Positions 9,356 through 19,635 of a stretch of 64,000 bases of DNA are shown here, one piece after another. The stretch's first letter is position 1. Each line of letters opens with the position of its first letter. Made by a program: the position numbers and the translations under genes. The notes under the pieces were generated by a model. The model was given only the letters and a program-made list of their open reading frames with translations, did not search any database and was not told where the DNA came from. The stretch comes from Candidatus Eiseniibacteriota bacterium (GTDB lineage Bacteria; Eisenbacteria; RBG-16-71-46; CAIMUX01; VGJL01), in NCBI GenBank assembly GCA_041946735.1, contig JBHGAY010000014.1, forward strand, positions 66,733 to 130,732. The letters run 5' to 3'.

Positions 9356-11545
9356 GTGCACCGTTCCACTCGTCTGAGGGATCTGGCCTTCGCTCTCGGG
9401 ATCGTTGCCGCCGGCGGAATGGTCGGCACCCGCCCTTGCTCGGCCGTGTGGCAGCAAGTCGGAGGCCCCGAGCCTCCGATGGTCGCCGCGATCGCGGACG
9501 ACGGAAGCGGACTCCTCTTCCTCGGAACCGACGAAGCGGACGCCGGCGATCTCTACCGCTCGGAGGACGGGATCCACTGGAGCAACCTGCGGCTTCCGTC
9601 CGGAGGCGCTCTCCGGATCGAGGAGCACCTCGGCAAGCTCTTCCTCGGGACCTACCTCTCCGGACTCTTCTATTCGGTCGATCACGGGGACAGTTGGCAG
9701 CAGGTCGGCTCCCTCGGCAACGCGACGATCCACGACTTCGCGTCGTCCGGCGGGACGATGTTCGCCGTGCCCGAAGCGTTCCTCGGGAGCACGCTGCTTC
9801 GCTCGACCGACGGCGGTCTCTCGTGGTCGGGCGTCGCCGGACTGCCACAGGTGCAGGTCGAGACGCTCGACAGCTTCGGCTCGGTGCTGCTCGCAGGCAC
9901 CGACGGCAGCGGCATCCTGCGCTCGACCGACGGAGGCGGAAGCTGGGGAAACGGGAACGCCGGGCTCCCCGGCGCGGCGATCGTCCCGGTCCTGGCCGGC
10001 GATGGTTCCGCGATCTACGCCGGCGTGCGCGTGCAGGGCAATGCGGCGGCGTTCGGCGTCTATCGATCGACGGACGGCGGATCGTCCTGGACGAAGGCGA
10101 GCGTCGATCTCCCCGGTTCGAACCTGGCCGACTTCGGCGCCCTCGGCTTTCACGGCGGAGAGCTGTTTGCGGGACTGATCGCGACGGCGCCGATCGCCGG
10201 CGTCTATCGCTCGACCGACGGCGGAGCGCACTGGCTCGCCGCCTCGAACGGCCTCCCCGACGGCGCGGCGGTCCGCGCGCTGTGCTCGACCGGCTCCTTC
10301 CTCCTCGCGGGGACGGATGCGGGCGCGTTCCGCACCACGGACGCGGGCGCGCACTGGACCGAATCGGACGAGGGCACGGCCGCGATACGAGGCGTCTCGT
10401 CGGTCCTCAGCGAAGAGGACGGCATCTTCCTCGGACTGACGACGAACGGCGGGATCGGCCGCGGCGTGTGGAGGACGACCGACCACGGCGCGAGTTGGAC
10501 GGGCGACCCGCGCGAGCCGGCCCAATCGAGCGAGGCGAACGGGATCGTGCGGCTCGGGTCGGACCTGTTCGTCGCGGTCACCGGCGGGACACGCGGCGTG
10601 TTCCGCTCCACCGACGAGGGAGCCACCTGGATCCCGTCGTCGCCGGAACTGCCGCCGACCAACCTGCTCCGCGCGCTGCACGTGCATGACGGCGTCCTTC
10701 TTGCCGGCGCGTGGGAAGCGCTCTACCGCTCGACCGATGCGGGCGCCTCATGGTCCGCGGTCCCCGGAATGACCAACGTTTCGTGCTTCACGAGCGTCGG
10801 GGGGACGATCTTCGCGGGGCACTACGGAACCGGGGTAAGCGTCTCGACGGACGGCGGCGAGAGCTGGACCCCGGCCAACGGCGGCCTCGCGACGAGCGAG
10901 ATGAAGATCGAGAACGCGCTGGCGACGTTCGAAGGCACCGCCTGGCTCGCGACGAACGGGGCCGGCGTGCGGCGCTGGAACGGGACCGCGTGGGTGAGCA
11001 CCGGCCTGGCCAACGGCTTCGTGAACGCGCTGTTGCCGGTGGGCGGCGCGCTCGTCGCGGCCCAGGCGCTCGGCGATCCGATTCTCTTCACGACCGACGG
11101 CGGCCAGAGCTGGACCCCGTTCGCGGAAGGCTACGCAGGCGAGGAGCCGTACGAGCTCGCTGCAGACTCGTCGGTCCTCTACGCCGGTTCGCGGGGACAC
11201 GGAATCTGGACCCGGCCGCTCTCCGAGCTGCCGCAGCCCGCTTCCGCCGGCGATCCCAACGCGGTGGACGGCGCGCGCGGGCGGGACGGCGCTCTCGCTG
11301 GACTGCCGAATCCCTTCCTTGGTGGAACGCGGATCCGATTCCGGGTGCCGGAAGCGGGGGAGATGAGCCTCCGTGTCTACGATCCGGCGGGACGCGAGGT
11401 GGGCCGGCTCGCGGAGGGATACGCGAGCGCGGGGGAGCACGAAGTCCACTTCGATGCGCGGGATCTTCCCGCCGGCGTCTACTTCGCCAGGCTGCGCGAG
11501 GCGGGCGGCGCGACGACGGAGCTGCGACTGCTGCTGTTGCGGTGA
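9356..11545 (+). CDS. Secreted BNR/Asp-box beta-propeller protein with C-terminal FlgD-Ig/T9SS-like domain, paralog of the upstream gene
   Basis: GTG start after AGGAGG; WQQVGGP N-terminus like the paralog's WQQTAGP; RSTDGGxSW repeats; PNPF..YDPAGREV..LPAGVYFARL. Confidence 0.85.
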   Translation: MHRSTRLRDLAFALGIVAAGGMVGTRPCSAVWQQVGGPEPPMVAAIADDGSGLLFLGTDEADAGDLYRSEDGIHWSNLRLPSGGALRIEEHLGKLFLGTYLSGLFYSVDHGDSWQQVGSLGNATIHDFASSGGTMFAVPEAFLGSTLLRSTDGGLSWSGVAGLPQVQVETLDSFGSVLLAGTDGSGILRSTDGGGSWGNGNAGLPGAAIVPVLAGDGSAIYAGVRVQGNAAAFGVYRSTDGGSSWTKASVDLPGSNLADFGALGFHGGELFAGLIATAPIAGVYRSTDGGAHWLAASNGLPDGAAVRALCSTGSFLLAGTDAGAFRTTDAGAHWTESDEGTAAIRGVSSVLSEEDGIFLGLTTNGGIGRGVWRTTDHGASWTGDPREPAQSSEANGIVRLGSDLFVAVTGGTRGVFRSTDEGATWIPSSPELPPTNLLRALHVHDGVLLAGAWEALYRSTDAGASWSAVPGMTNVSCFTSVGGTIFAGHYGTGVSVSTDGGESWTPANGGLATSEMKIENALATFEGTAWLATNGAGVRRWNGTAWVSTGLANGFVNALLPVGGALVAAQALGDPILFTTDGGQSWTPFAEGYAGEEPYELAADSSVLYAGSRGHGIWTRPLSELPQPASAGDPNAVDGARGRDGALAGLPNPFLGGTRIRFRVPEAGEMSLRVYDPAGREVGRLAEGYASAGEHEVHFDARDLPAGVYFARLREAGGATTELRLLLLR

Positions 11546-11647
11546 ACGGTGATCGATCGTCGATGCCGGCGGCGGAACGAGGCAGCCAAGCGCCTGGCGG
11601 CCGGCGCCAGGCGCTTGGCGTTGAGAGGCGGGCTGCTCGAGGGGCGG

Positions 11648-12880
11648 CTAGAGCCGCACGAGCTCGACGCGGCGGTTGCTCTGTCGTCCCTCCGATGTCT
11701 CGTTCGTCGCCACCGGCTTCGACTCCCCGAACCCATCGGTCTCCAGGCGAGCGCCATCGATCTTCTGTGAATCGATGAGGTAGGTCCGCACCGCGGCGGC
11801 TCGCTTCTTGGAGAGATCGAGGTTCGCCGCGTCCTCCCCCACGTCGTCGGTGTGCCCCTCGATACGGAGGCGAAGGTCCGCGTGGTCGCGGAGCATCGTG
11901 GCGATCTCGGTCAGGGTCGGCGTGGATTCGGGGCGAAGGCGATCGGATCCCGAATCGAAATAGATCCCTTGGGTGGCGACCCGGCCGGTGGCTTGGAGCG
12001 CGTCGTAGAGGACCCTCTTTCCTCCTTCCGCCACGCGGATGTTGCCGATCAAGAGCGGGCTCTGGGGATGCGCCCAGAGATGCAGCCGGAGTCCGTTCTG
12101 GCGCGGATAGGAGGCGTTGGGAACGTTCGCGACGCGTGTGTCGTTCACGTAGACCTTCAGGTACTTGCCGTCCGCCATGACCCTGCACTGCGCCGGCCGC
12201 TCCTTGTAGCCCTCGGGGATGTCGACTTCGGCCCGCGGCACATGCGAGTTGCGCACGCCGCACCGCAGGTTCCAGAAGAACGTCACGTAGTCGAGTCCGG
12301 GCTCGTCCTCGGGCTCGAAGTGGATTTCCGCCGTGTTGTCGCTGCTCGGTCCGACGTAGTCGAACTCGATCGTGTAGCGCTCGGGGAGCGCCTCTGGCAG
12401 CGGGATCGTGACCTCGGAGTAGGTCGTGGAGCGGAGGTATCTCTGCCCCTTCCACTCGGCCACCTCCATGTTCCCTTCGCCGAACTCGAGGCGCGACGGG
12501 AAGTCTCCGACCGGAGACCGGGAGAAGTCATCGAAGAAGAGGATGCGGTCGCCGGGAACGAAGTCGTAGTTGACCCAGACGCCTTCGCCGGGCTTCTCGG
12601 CTGCCGTCGCGGCCGCATCGCCGGGCGCGGTCTGCGCGGCGTCCTCGCCGGTCTCCGCGGCCGGCTCCGGCTGGCCCGCCGGCGTTCCCTGCTCGGAAGG
12701 CGTCCCGGCATCGCCGGGCTTTCCCTCCAGGGTCTTGTCGACTTCCTCATCCGCCTTCTGCTCCACCTTCTTCTTCACCTTGTCCTTGAGCTTTCCCAGT
12801 TGCGCTTCGGCAGGCATCGCGGCGGCGAGCATCGCCGCCAGCGCGACCGCGAAGGCGAGCCAGCGCATGGATCCGGTCAT
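11648..12880 (-). CDS. OmpA-family peptidoglycan-binding protein
   Basis: Signal peptide ending AEA; YDFVPGD..FFDDFS; C-terminal IYFDSGS, IEGHTD, NLDLSKKRA, NRRVE. Confidence 0.92.
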   Translation of the reverse strand: MTGSMRWLAFAVALAAMLAAAMPAEAQLGKLKDKVKKKVEQKADEEVDKTLEGKPGDAGTPSEQGTPAGQPEPAAETGEDAAQTAPGDAAATAAEKPGEGVWVNYDFVPGDRILFFDDFSRSPVGDFPSRLEFGEGNMEVAEWKGQRYLRSTTYSEVTIPLPEALPERYTIEFDYVGPSSDNTAEIHFEPEDEPGLDYVTFFWNLRCGVRNSHVPRAEVDIPEGYKERPAQCRVMADGKYLKVYVNDTRVANVPNASYPRQNGLRLHLWAHPQSPLLIGNIRVAEGGKRVLYDALQATGRVATQGIYFDSGSDRLRPESTPTLTEIATMLRDHADLRLRIEGHTDDVGEDAANLDLSKKRAAAVRTYLIDSQKIDGARLETDGFGESKPVATNETSEGRQSNRRVELVRL

Positions 12881-13244
12881 CGGTCCTCCCCTTCGTGATT
12901 CCCTTTCGTTTGTCCGCGCATCTCTGCGTGTCTCTTCCGCCATGCTCTCCCGGCATCTCCGCGGCCGATCCCGTCGGGGCGTTCGAGTCCGAACAGTTGT
13001 AGCACTGGGTGTGCGAACCGGTCCAGCCGAAGGAGCGGCGGAGGAAGGATCGGCGGAGGAGCAGCGGCCGGCGATCCCGCGCGTTCGCATCGGCGAGACG
13101 TTCGGGAGTGGGGTTCGCGAGGAGCCATGGAAATCAGAAAGGTCGCATCGTCCGCAGGACCGAGGGAGCAAGATCGAGAGGAAGATCGAAAGGAGCGAGG
13201 GGCGCAAAGCACCTGACGAGCCCACGAGGCAAGGAGGGATCGAG

Positions 13245-13946
13245 ATGCGTTCCGACCATTCCCCACGTCGCTCGCGGCGTCGCGGGCCGATACGCGGTCC
13301 GGCCCGGATGCCGATGCCCGCTCTAGCTCTGACCGCTTTGGCCGCCCTGCTTCTCCCTTCGCTCGCCTGCTCGCCAAAGACGAGCGGAAGCTCCAGCCGG
13401 GTCGAGACCACCACCACGTCGCGAGGAGTCACGGTCCGGGATACGACGACGTCCGCGGCCAGCAGTATCGACGCCCCAGAGATCTCTCGCTCTACGGGCG
13501 AGCAGGGAGGCCTCTTGTTGTTCTGGCCGCGCATCATCCCGGCCGACGAGCGCGGCGACTCGCGTGATCTCGCCGCCGCCCTCCAGGACCGCGTGCGAGC
13601 GCTGCTCCAGGAAACCTTCCCTGGGCGTGCGATCGACGTCCGCCCCGAACCGGAGCGCGTCTGCCCGCAGGCAGGATGCCAGGCCGCCACGGTCGGCATC
13701 CTCCTCCTGCGTGATGAGCAGGGATGCGGAGTCGTCGGTCTCGTCGCGCAGCCGGGCAGATCTCCTGCCTTGCTCGTGCCCCTCGCCGGCGAGCTCCAGG
13801 TCGCGAATACGAGCGTGGCGTTCCGGGAGCCGCCCGAGTCGTCCGTGAAGGTCAAGGACTTCGCGCCGTGCGGCGAGGTGCAGTCGATCGTCGAGCAGAA
13901 CCTGCCGGCCCTGCGCGCCAAGCTCGAGGAAGTGATCGGCCACTAG
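13245..13946 (+). CDS. Hypothetical lipoprotein
   Basis: GGAGG RBS; hydrophobic stretch ending LAC (lipobox); Ser/Thr linker; several Cys. Confidence 0.65.
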   Translation: MRSDHSPRRSRRRGPIRGPARMPMPALALTALAALLLPSLACSPKTSGSSSRVETTTTSRGVTVRDTTTSAASSIDAPEISRSTGEQGGLLLFWPRIIPADERGDSRDLAAALQDRVRALLQETFPGRAIDVRPEPERVCPQAGCQAATVGILLLRDEQGCGVVGLVAQPGRSPALLVPLAGELQVANTSVAFREPPESSVKVKDFAPCGEVQSIVEQNLPALRAKLEEVIGH

Positions 13947-14273
13947 GCCGGGGTGTGATTCTCGCGGGGACCCGACCGCGGATCGTACTGCGACGTGGCG
14001 ATTCGTCCGCGGATCGGGGACGCCTACAGCGAGTACGACTCGCGCAACGCCCTCGTGGTGCTGGCCGACCGCGCTCTCGCCGCCCGCCCGTGGCGGATCG
14101 ATCACGTCGATCCTCGCTACGAATCGGGCAGCCAGGCGTCGCGCTTTTTCCGCCAGCCCGACCGGCTCGACTGCGCGCCGGCTCGTGGTTCCTCCCGCTG
14201 CGCTTCTGACTGCGAACGACCGTCGCCGCCGGTATAGACTCTCCAAGAAGCCGCCGCATAAGGAGGAGCACCG

Positions 14274-14702
14274 GTGAACGGACCGAACCTCGACGCCTGG
14301 ATTCCCCGCATCCGATCGATCTACCGAATCGTCGTCGCGTTTCTCTTCACGGCTCACGGGACGCAGAAGCTCCTCACCTTCCCGGTCGCCGCGCCAAGAG
14401 ATCCCGCTCCTCTGCTCTCGCTGACCGGAGTCGGAGGCATTCTCGAGATGTTCGGAGGCCTGCTTCTGCTGTTCGGTCTCTTCACGCGGCCCGTCGCCTT
14501 CATCCTCTGCGGACAGATGGCGGTCGCCTACTTCCTGCGGCACTCGCCGAACGGCTTCTGGCCGATCTTGAACCGGGGTGAGCTGGCCGTCCTGTACTGC
14601 TTCACCTTCCTGTATCTCGCGGCGGTCGGCGGCGGCGCGTGGAGTATGGACGCCGTTCTCCGCCGGCGCCGTCGCGGTCCCGAGCGCCGGCCGGTGAGGT
14701 GA
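14274..14702 (+). CDS. DoxX family membrane protein
   Basis: RIVVAFLFTAHGTQKL, GLFTRPVA, MAVAYF, NRGELAVLY; AGGAGG RBS. Confidence 0.92.
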   Translation: MNGPNLDAWIPRIRSIYRIVVAFLFTAHGTQKLLTFPVAAPRDPAPLLSLTGVGGILEMFGGLLLLFGLFTRPVAFILCGQMAVAYFLRHSPNGFWPILNRGELAVLYCFTFLYLAAVGGGAWSMDAVLRRRRRGPERRPVR

Positions 14703-14760
14703 TGCCGGCTCGGCTGCGGCCGCCGCGTCCCGACGTGGGCCCGCAGAGAAAGGAGCAACG

Positions 14761-15252
14761 ATGAGCGCCGACGCTACGCGTGCCTTCGCGCGCCATGCCG
14801 TCGCCACCCTCGCCTACCGTGGCACGCGGAGCCTCCGCGACTGCCCGGAGGACTTCGCCGCGTTCCGCGCCGGCGATCCGGCGGCTCGAAGCCGGTCTGC
14901 GATCGAGATCCTCGCCCACGTCGGGGACCTGCTCGAATGGGCGGCGCGGCTCGCGCGAGGAGATCAGGGCTGGCGCCCGCAGCCTCCCGTCTCATGGGAA
15001 CACGACGTCGAGAGGTTCTACGAAGGATTGCGCGCGCTCGATGAGGCGCTGGCGGCCGACGCGATGCCGACCTACCCGATCGAGACGATCTTCCAGGGGC
15101 CGATCTCCGATGCGCTCACCCACATCGGCCAGATCGGACTCCTCCGCCGCCTCGCAGGCTCCGCAGTTCGCGGAGAGGTCATGGTGCTCGCCAAGGTCGA
15201 GATCGGCCGCGTCGGCCGCAATCAGGCGCCGCCCGTCCGGGAGTTCGACTAG
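14761..15252 (+). CDS. DinB-like four-helix hypothetical protein
   Basis: RHAVATLAYR, ILAHVGDL, DALTHIGQIGLLRRLAG. Confidence 0.75.
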   Translation: MSADATRAFARHAVATLAYRGTRSLRDCPEDFAAFRAGDPAARSRSAIEILAHVGDLLEWAARLARGDQGWRPQPPVSWEHDVERFYEGLRALDEALAADAMPTYPIETIFQGPISDALTHIGQIGLLRRLAGSAVRGEVMVLAKVEIGRVGRNQAPPVREFD

Positions 15253-15514
15253 CCCGCGAGGCCGCCGGGGCGGCGGGCGCTCCAGCGGTTCGAGCCCCGG
15301 CCGCGGCCCGCCTCCCTCCGGCGGCCCGCCTCCGCCGGTGTCCCGGCCTCGATTCGGACCGCCCGGCCGACCGCCCGCCTCTTCTCATCCGCTCCCCACG
15401 ACCGATCGAACCCGTGCGCTTTCGCCGTCGCCGGCATTGTCCCCTTGTTCGGGACGTTCCGCGGAGGGCGGCCCGGCACCAACCCGGAGCGATTCCGGCA
15501 ATTCAGGAGGCGAA

Positions 15515-16198
15515 ATGTTGCACACCATCCGAATCAGGACCCGGGCTGCCGGGGCGGCCTTCGCGGCCGTCCTGCTCTTCCTCCCGGTGTCCGCGGTCCT
15601 TGCCGAAGACGGGCCGGGCGGCCTGATCCAGGCAGGTTCCGACGCTGCCAACGACCCGGTCGACGCGATCCAGGCGCCGGCGGCCGGCACCTTCGACATG
15701 CTTCTCCCCGATCTCTCCGGCTTCGCGCCCGACGGGGCCTTGAACCGCCACGAAGTGCCGGGAGCTGGCCCGGAGGATCGATCGGACACCGTCACCGACG
15801 CGGGCTACGGTCTTCCTCCCGCGGCGCCCAACGCGCTGGAGCGGACGAAGCTCGAGATGGCCCGAGCGGCGGTCGAGGCGTCCCGGCGGGCGGGAACGCT
15901 CGAGACGAGAGGCGGCGCAGAGGACGGCACGCTCGTGACGACCGAGGAGCAGGAAGCGATCAAGCTCCAGCGCCTCGAGGCGCTGGCGCCCGCGACGATC
16001 ACCGAGGATCCGGCGGCCGGGCTGCTCCCGTTCGAGCCGGTGCAGGTTCAGGGACCGCCCACGTTGAACGAGATCGAGCAGGCGAAGCTGCGCGGCGAGC
16101 CGCTGCCTTCCGCCCCGCAGGCGGATCCCGACGAGGCCGCCCCGGCCTCCGTAACCCCCGTCGAAAGCGACGCGCCGGCGGCGCAGGAGGAGAAGTAG
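15515..16198 (+). CDS. Secreted acidic hypothetical protein abutting the metalloprotease gene
   Basis: AGGAGG RBS; signal peptide; stop codon directly adjoins the next ATG. Confidence 0.7.
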   Translation: MLHTIRIRTRAAGAAFAAVLLFLPVSAVLAEDGPGGLIQAGSDAANDPVDAIQAPAAGTFDMLLPDLSGFAPDGALNRHEVPGAGPEDRSDTVTDAGYGLPPAAPNALERTKLEMARAAVEASRRAGTLETRGGAEDGTLVTTEEQEAIKLQRLEALAPATITEDPAAGLLPFEPVQVQGPPTLNEIEQAKLRGEPLPSAPQADPDEAAPASVTPVESDAPAAQEEK

Positions 16199-19100
16199 AT
16201 GAAGACGAACCGCCGTCGCACGCTCCTGGCCGCGTTCCTCGCGGCCACCGCCCTCTCCTTCCTGTTCGCCCCTCGCGCGCAGGCGGAGATCCTCGAGCCG
16301 GCGCAGGGAGCCTTCACCGACCAGGATCTCGATCGCGCCCGGCAGGCGAGCGCCGAAGCTCCTCCTCCGCCGCCCCTGTGGGAAGACAACGAGAGCCGGC
16401 AGGCCGAGGCGGACGCGATCGCGAATATGCCTCCCGTCTCGTTGAACAGCACGGATGACGACGCCTGCCACTACGCGCGCGGCAACACGCTCATCCTTCA
16501 CATCTTCGTCAACCACACCGGCGGGACGTGGAGCGCGAGCGATCGCGACGCGGCCGGGGCGAAGGCGGCCGTCGCGAAGCAGTTCTACCTCGACAACGCT
16601 CCGGCCGGAGCCAACGTCCACTTCGACTTCGAGGGATCGAACAGCTACTGGTATTACAATCCGACGGTTGACTACTACATTCCGGACAGCGGAATGGACA
16701 GCGACACGATGGAGGACGTCCTCGCCGTCATGGGTCGCGCCGACACCGACGGCGACGGCTGGAGGATCGACGACTTCAGCCTTGCGATGCAGGACTTCAA
16801 CGGCGGCTGGGACAACGTGATCGTGGTCTTCGAGCCGAAGCAGACGGGACGAGCCTGGGCCTCGTACAGCTTCTCGCGATGCGCGCTGTACACCGACGAT
16901 ACCGGGAACGTCTTCGGCCACGAGTGGGGGCATCTCTTCGGGTCGTGCGACGAGTACGTCGAGGGCGGGCACTGCAACGGCACGATCGACTGCGGCGCCT
17001 GCCAGTCGGCCTACCTCGACGACGTGATCAACAACGGCAACTGCCAGCTCGCCTCCTGCCCCTCCGACGTCGGCTGCATCATGATCAACAACACCTTCTC
17101 GAACATCTGCAACTACACGCTCAACCACTGGGGTTGGGTGGACGAGGACAACGACAACCTGCTCGACTGGACGAAGCGCCGGACTACCGGGAACAACTTC
17201 GTCAACATCTACGGCATTCCGCACAACGGGTACGCGGACTGGAACAACACGACGGACGGCTACTGGATCGCGCAACAGTGGAACACCTGGTCCGTCGTCG
17301 GCCTGCGCAGCCCGGCAGGGTCCGATTACGACCTGCGCGTCTACGGCGAGAACAACCACAACTACCTTCTCGCCAGTTCGAACCTCGCCGGCTCGAACGT
17401 CGACTTCGTGGCGAGCGACTACAACCACGACCGCCTCGGAAACGAGCACCTGCAGGTGGTCCGATACGGGGGCGACGCGAACAACTACAAGCTTCATTGG
17501 GAGAGCGGCACGCAGATGCTCTACCCGGACGGTATCGTGCGGGACGGAACTTGGCAGTCGTACTACGTCGTGCGCTGCTGGGACGTCCCGCTCTTCGGAG
17601 GGGAGTCGGTCACGTTCACGCTAGACGTCACCTCCGGGAACCTCGATCTCGGGATGGCGCTGTTCCAGTCGAACGGGGAGCCGTATCACGCCGGCCGCTC
17701 GTCCGCCGTCTGGGTCCGGGATGCCGGTGGCGTGGGAGGCACGGAGAGCTGGACGTACAACGTTCCCTCCGATGACGTCTACGGCCTCGTCGTCTGGTCG
17801 AACAGCACCGTCTCCGGCGGCTACTCGATCAAGATCGGGCCCGCCCCGGTCGCTCTGTCCGAAGAGGTCCCGTTCAACTCGGCGATCGATCTCCGCTTGT
17901 ACAGCTACGCGGCCAATGCGAGCTACTGGTCGTTCGCGGGAACGCGCCCCGAGGCGGGAACGAACGTCACGACCCGGCTCTTCGCCGACGAGAACTTCCA
18001 GACCGAGCTGGCGACCTCGGACGATTACTCGGGCGTCGAGTTCGTCGCCGCGGACTACAATCCCGGCCTCTCGACCGACTACCTGCGCGTGATCCGCGGA
18101 TCCGGATCCGGCGATCACCGCACCGAGTGGGAGCATGACGCGGACATCCTCGCGGGCGCGATGACCGAGAGCTGGGGCGCGGGCCACGTCGGGAAGGTGT
18201 GGGACGCGCACCTGGTGTCCGGCCAGGAGTACTTCCTGCGCGAGTATCACGCCGGCTCGCTCGATACCGGGATCTACCTCTTCAGCTCGGCCGACGGCGA
18301 CCGGTTCAAGCCGCGCAACGAGTATGACGCGGCGAGCAACTTCCGGCCGGCCTCGGACGGCGGGGAGTGGTTCCACTACACCGCTCCGGCGACCGACTGG
18401 TACGGGATCTATCAGATCGTCAACGACGAGTCGTCGGGCAGCTACAGCCTCTGGCTCGGCCGCTATCTGGCGCTGGCCGAGGAGCAGTCGGAGCGTCCGA
18501 CCGACGAGATCACCTTCGCGGAAGCCGACGTGCCGGGTGGCTACTGGACCGTCTTCGCGACGCGTCCCTACTTCGCCGACAACGCCTCGATCTGGCTCTA
18601 CGGCGACAACGCCTACACGGTCACCTCGTTGAAGGCGAGCGACCAGGGAAGCGGCCGCGTCCCGTTCGTCGTCGGGGACTTCAACCACAACGCTCCCGGC
18701 ACGTACTACCCGCGCGTCCGTCGCACCCTCGGCAACTCGCAGGGCTACGACGTCGAGTGGGAGTCGGGGAACGAGGCGCTCGTCTGGGCTGGATCGCCGC
18801 TCATCGGCGAATACGACTGGGTGGTCCACGACGTGGCGGACGTCCTCGACCTGTACGTGGATGGATCGGTGCCGGGTGGCAGGACGCTCCGGATCCGAGT
18901 CGAGGATCTCGGCAACTCGATCGATCCCGGAATCGCGCTCTTCGCCTCCAACGGCGCGGAGTACTGGGCCACGCTCGCCGGCGCGGTGGCCTCTTCCGAC
19001 GTGACCGGAACGGGGGGAACGGAGGAGATCGAGGTGCACTTCGACCGGGCCGACTGGTATGGCCTCGTGATCTGGTCGGCCGACGACGTCGACGAAGGCG

Positions 19101-19447
19101 GCCGGTACCGGGTCCGTGTCTACGATCCGGCCTCCGCCTCGGCGGAAGACCTCCTGCCGGGCGGCGCCGGACGCTTCGACCTGCAGGCGACCTCCACGAA
19201 TCCGTTCGCCAATCGCGCGAGCCTTCGCTGGTCGATCCCCGCGGAAGCTCCCGCCGATCTCGCGATCTTCGATCTGGCGGGACGACGGGTCCGAACGCTC
19301 GTGCAGGGACGTTCCGCAGCCGGTAGTCACGCGGCCGACTGGGATGGCGCCGACGACGGAGGCTCTCCGGTTCCTTCGGGGATCTACTTCGCGCGCCTGC
19401 GCTACGAAGGAGAGGACCGGAAGGTGAAGCTCGTGCGCTCGCATTGA
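16199..19447 (+). CDS. Secreted zinc metalloprotease (metzincin-like) with repeated beta-sandwich domains and FlgD-Ig/T9SS-like CTD
   Basis: Signal peptide; HEWGHLFGSCDEY zinc motif; CIM Met-turn candidate; C-terminal NPF..FDLAGRRV..WDG..VPSGIYFARL. Confidence 0.85.
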   Translation: MKTNRRRTLLAAFLAATALSFLFAPRAQAEILEPAQGAFTDQDLDRARQASAEAPPPPPLWEDNESRQAEADAIANMPPVSLNSTDDDACHYARGNTLILHIFVNHTGGTWSASDRDAAGAKAAVAKQFYLDNAPAGANVHFDFEGSNSYWYYNPTVDYYIPDSGMDSDTMEDVLAVMGRADTDGDGWRIDDFSLAMQDFNGGWDNVIVVFEPKQTGRAWASYSFSRCALYTDDTGNVFGHEWGHLFGSCDEYVEGGHCNGTIDCGACQSAYLDDVINNGNCQLASCPSDVGCIMINNTFSNICNYTLNHWGWVDEDNDNLLDWTKRRTTGNNFVNIYGIPHNGYADWNNTTDGYWIAQQWNTWSVVGLRSPAGSDYDLRVYGENNHNYLLASSNLAGSNVDFVASDYNHDRLGNEHLQVVRYGGDANNYKLHWESGTQMLYPDGIVRDGTWQSYYVVRCWDVPLFGGESVTFTLDVTSGNLDLGMALFQSNGEPYHAGRSSAVWVRDAGGVGGTESWTYNVPSDDVYGLVVWSNSTVSGGYSIKIGPAPVALSEEVPFNSAIDLRLYSYAANASYWSFAGTRPEAGTNVTTRLFADENFQTELATSDDYSGVEFVAADYNPGLSTDYLRVIRGSGSGDHRTEWEHDADILAGAMTESWGAGHVGKVWDAHLVSGQEYFLREYHAGSLDTGIYLFSSADGDRFKPRNEYDAASNFRPASDGGEWFHYTAPATDWYGIYQIVNDESSGSYSLWLGRYLALAEEQSERPTDEITFAEADVPGGYWTVFATRPYFADNASIWLYGDNAYTVTSLKASDQGSGRVPFVVGDFNHNAPGTYYPRVRRTLGNSQGYDVEWESGNEALVWAGSPLIGEYDWVVHDVADVLDLYVDGSVPGGRTLRIRVEDLGNSIDPGIALFASNGAEYWATLAGAVASSDVTGTGGTEEIEVHFDRADWYGLVIWSADDVDEGGRYRVRVYDPASASAEDLLPGGAGRFDLQATSTNPFANRASLRWSIPAEAPADLAIFDLAGRRVRTLVQGRSAAGSHAADWDGADDGGSPVPSGIYFARLRYEGEDRKVKLVRSH

Positions 19448-19599
19448 CGAACTGAAGCCGAAAGGGAAGAGGCAGGAGAAGAGACGGAGTCGCTCGAAAG
19501 CGTCCTCGACACATGCCTCGGCGAAACACGAACGTGGAGTCCGGCTCTTCCCTTTGCCTCGCTGGCGGTTCGAAAGGACCCCACCACAACTGCTCTCGC

Positions 19600-19635
19600 G
19601 GCCCCGAACGTCCCGCCGGACGTTCGGGGCCTTCT
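19600..19635 (+). terminator. Perfect 14-bp hairpin, probable terminator
   Basis: GGCCCCGAACGTCC-cgcc-GGACGTTCGGGGCC then TTCT. Confidence 0.55.

Noticed and set aside
13995..14237. 80-aa ORF between the lipoprotein and DoxX genes
   Set aside because: No RBS or recognisable motif; may be a gene fragment but cannot be supported.
19451..19470. CTGAAG..GAAA as a hammerhead ribozyme core
   Set aside because: Does not fit CUGANGA, and the flanking stems are missing.
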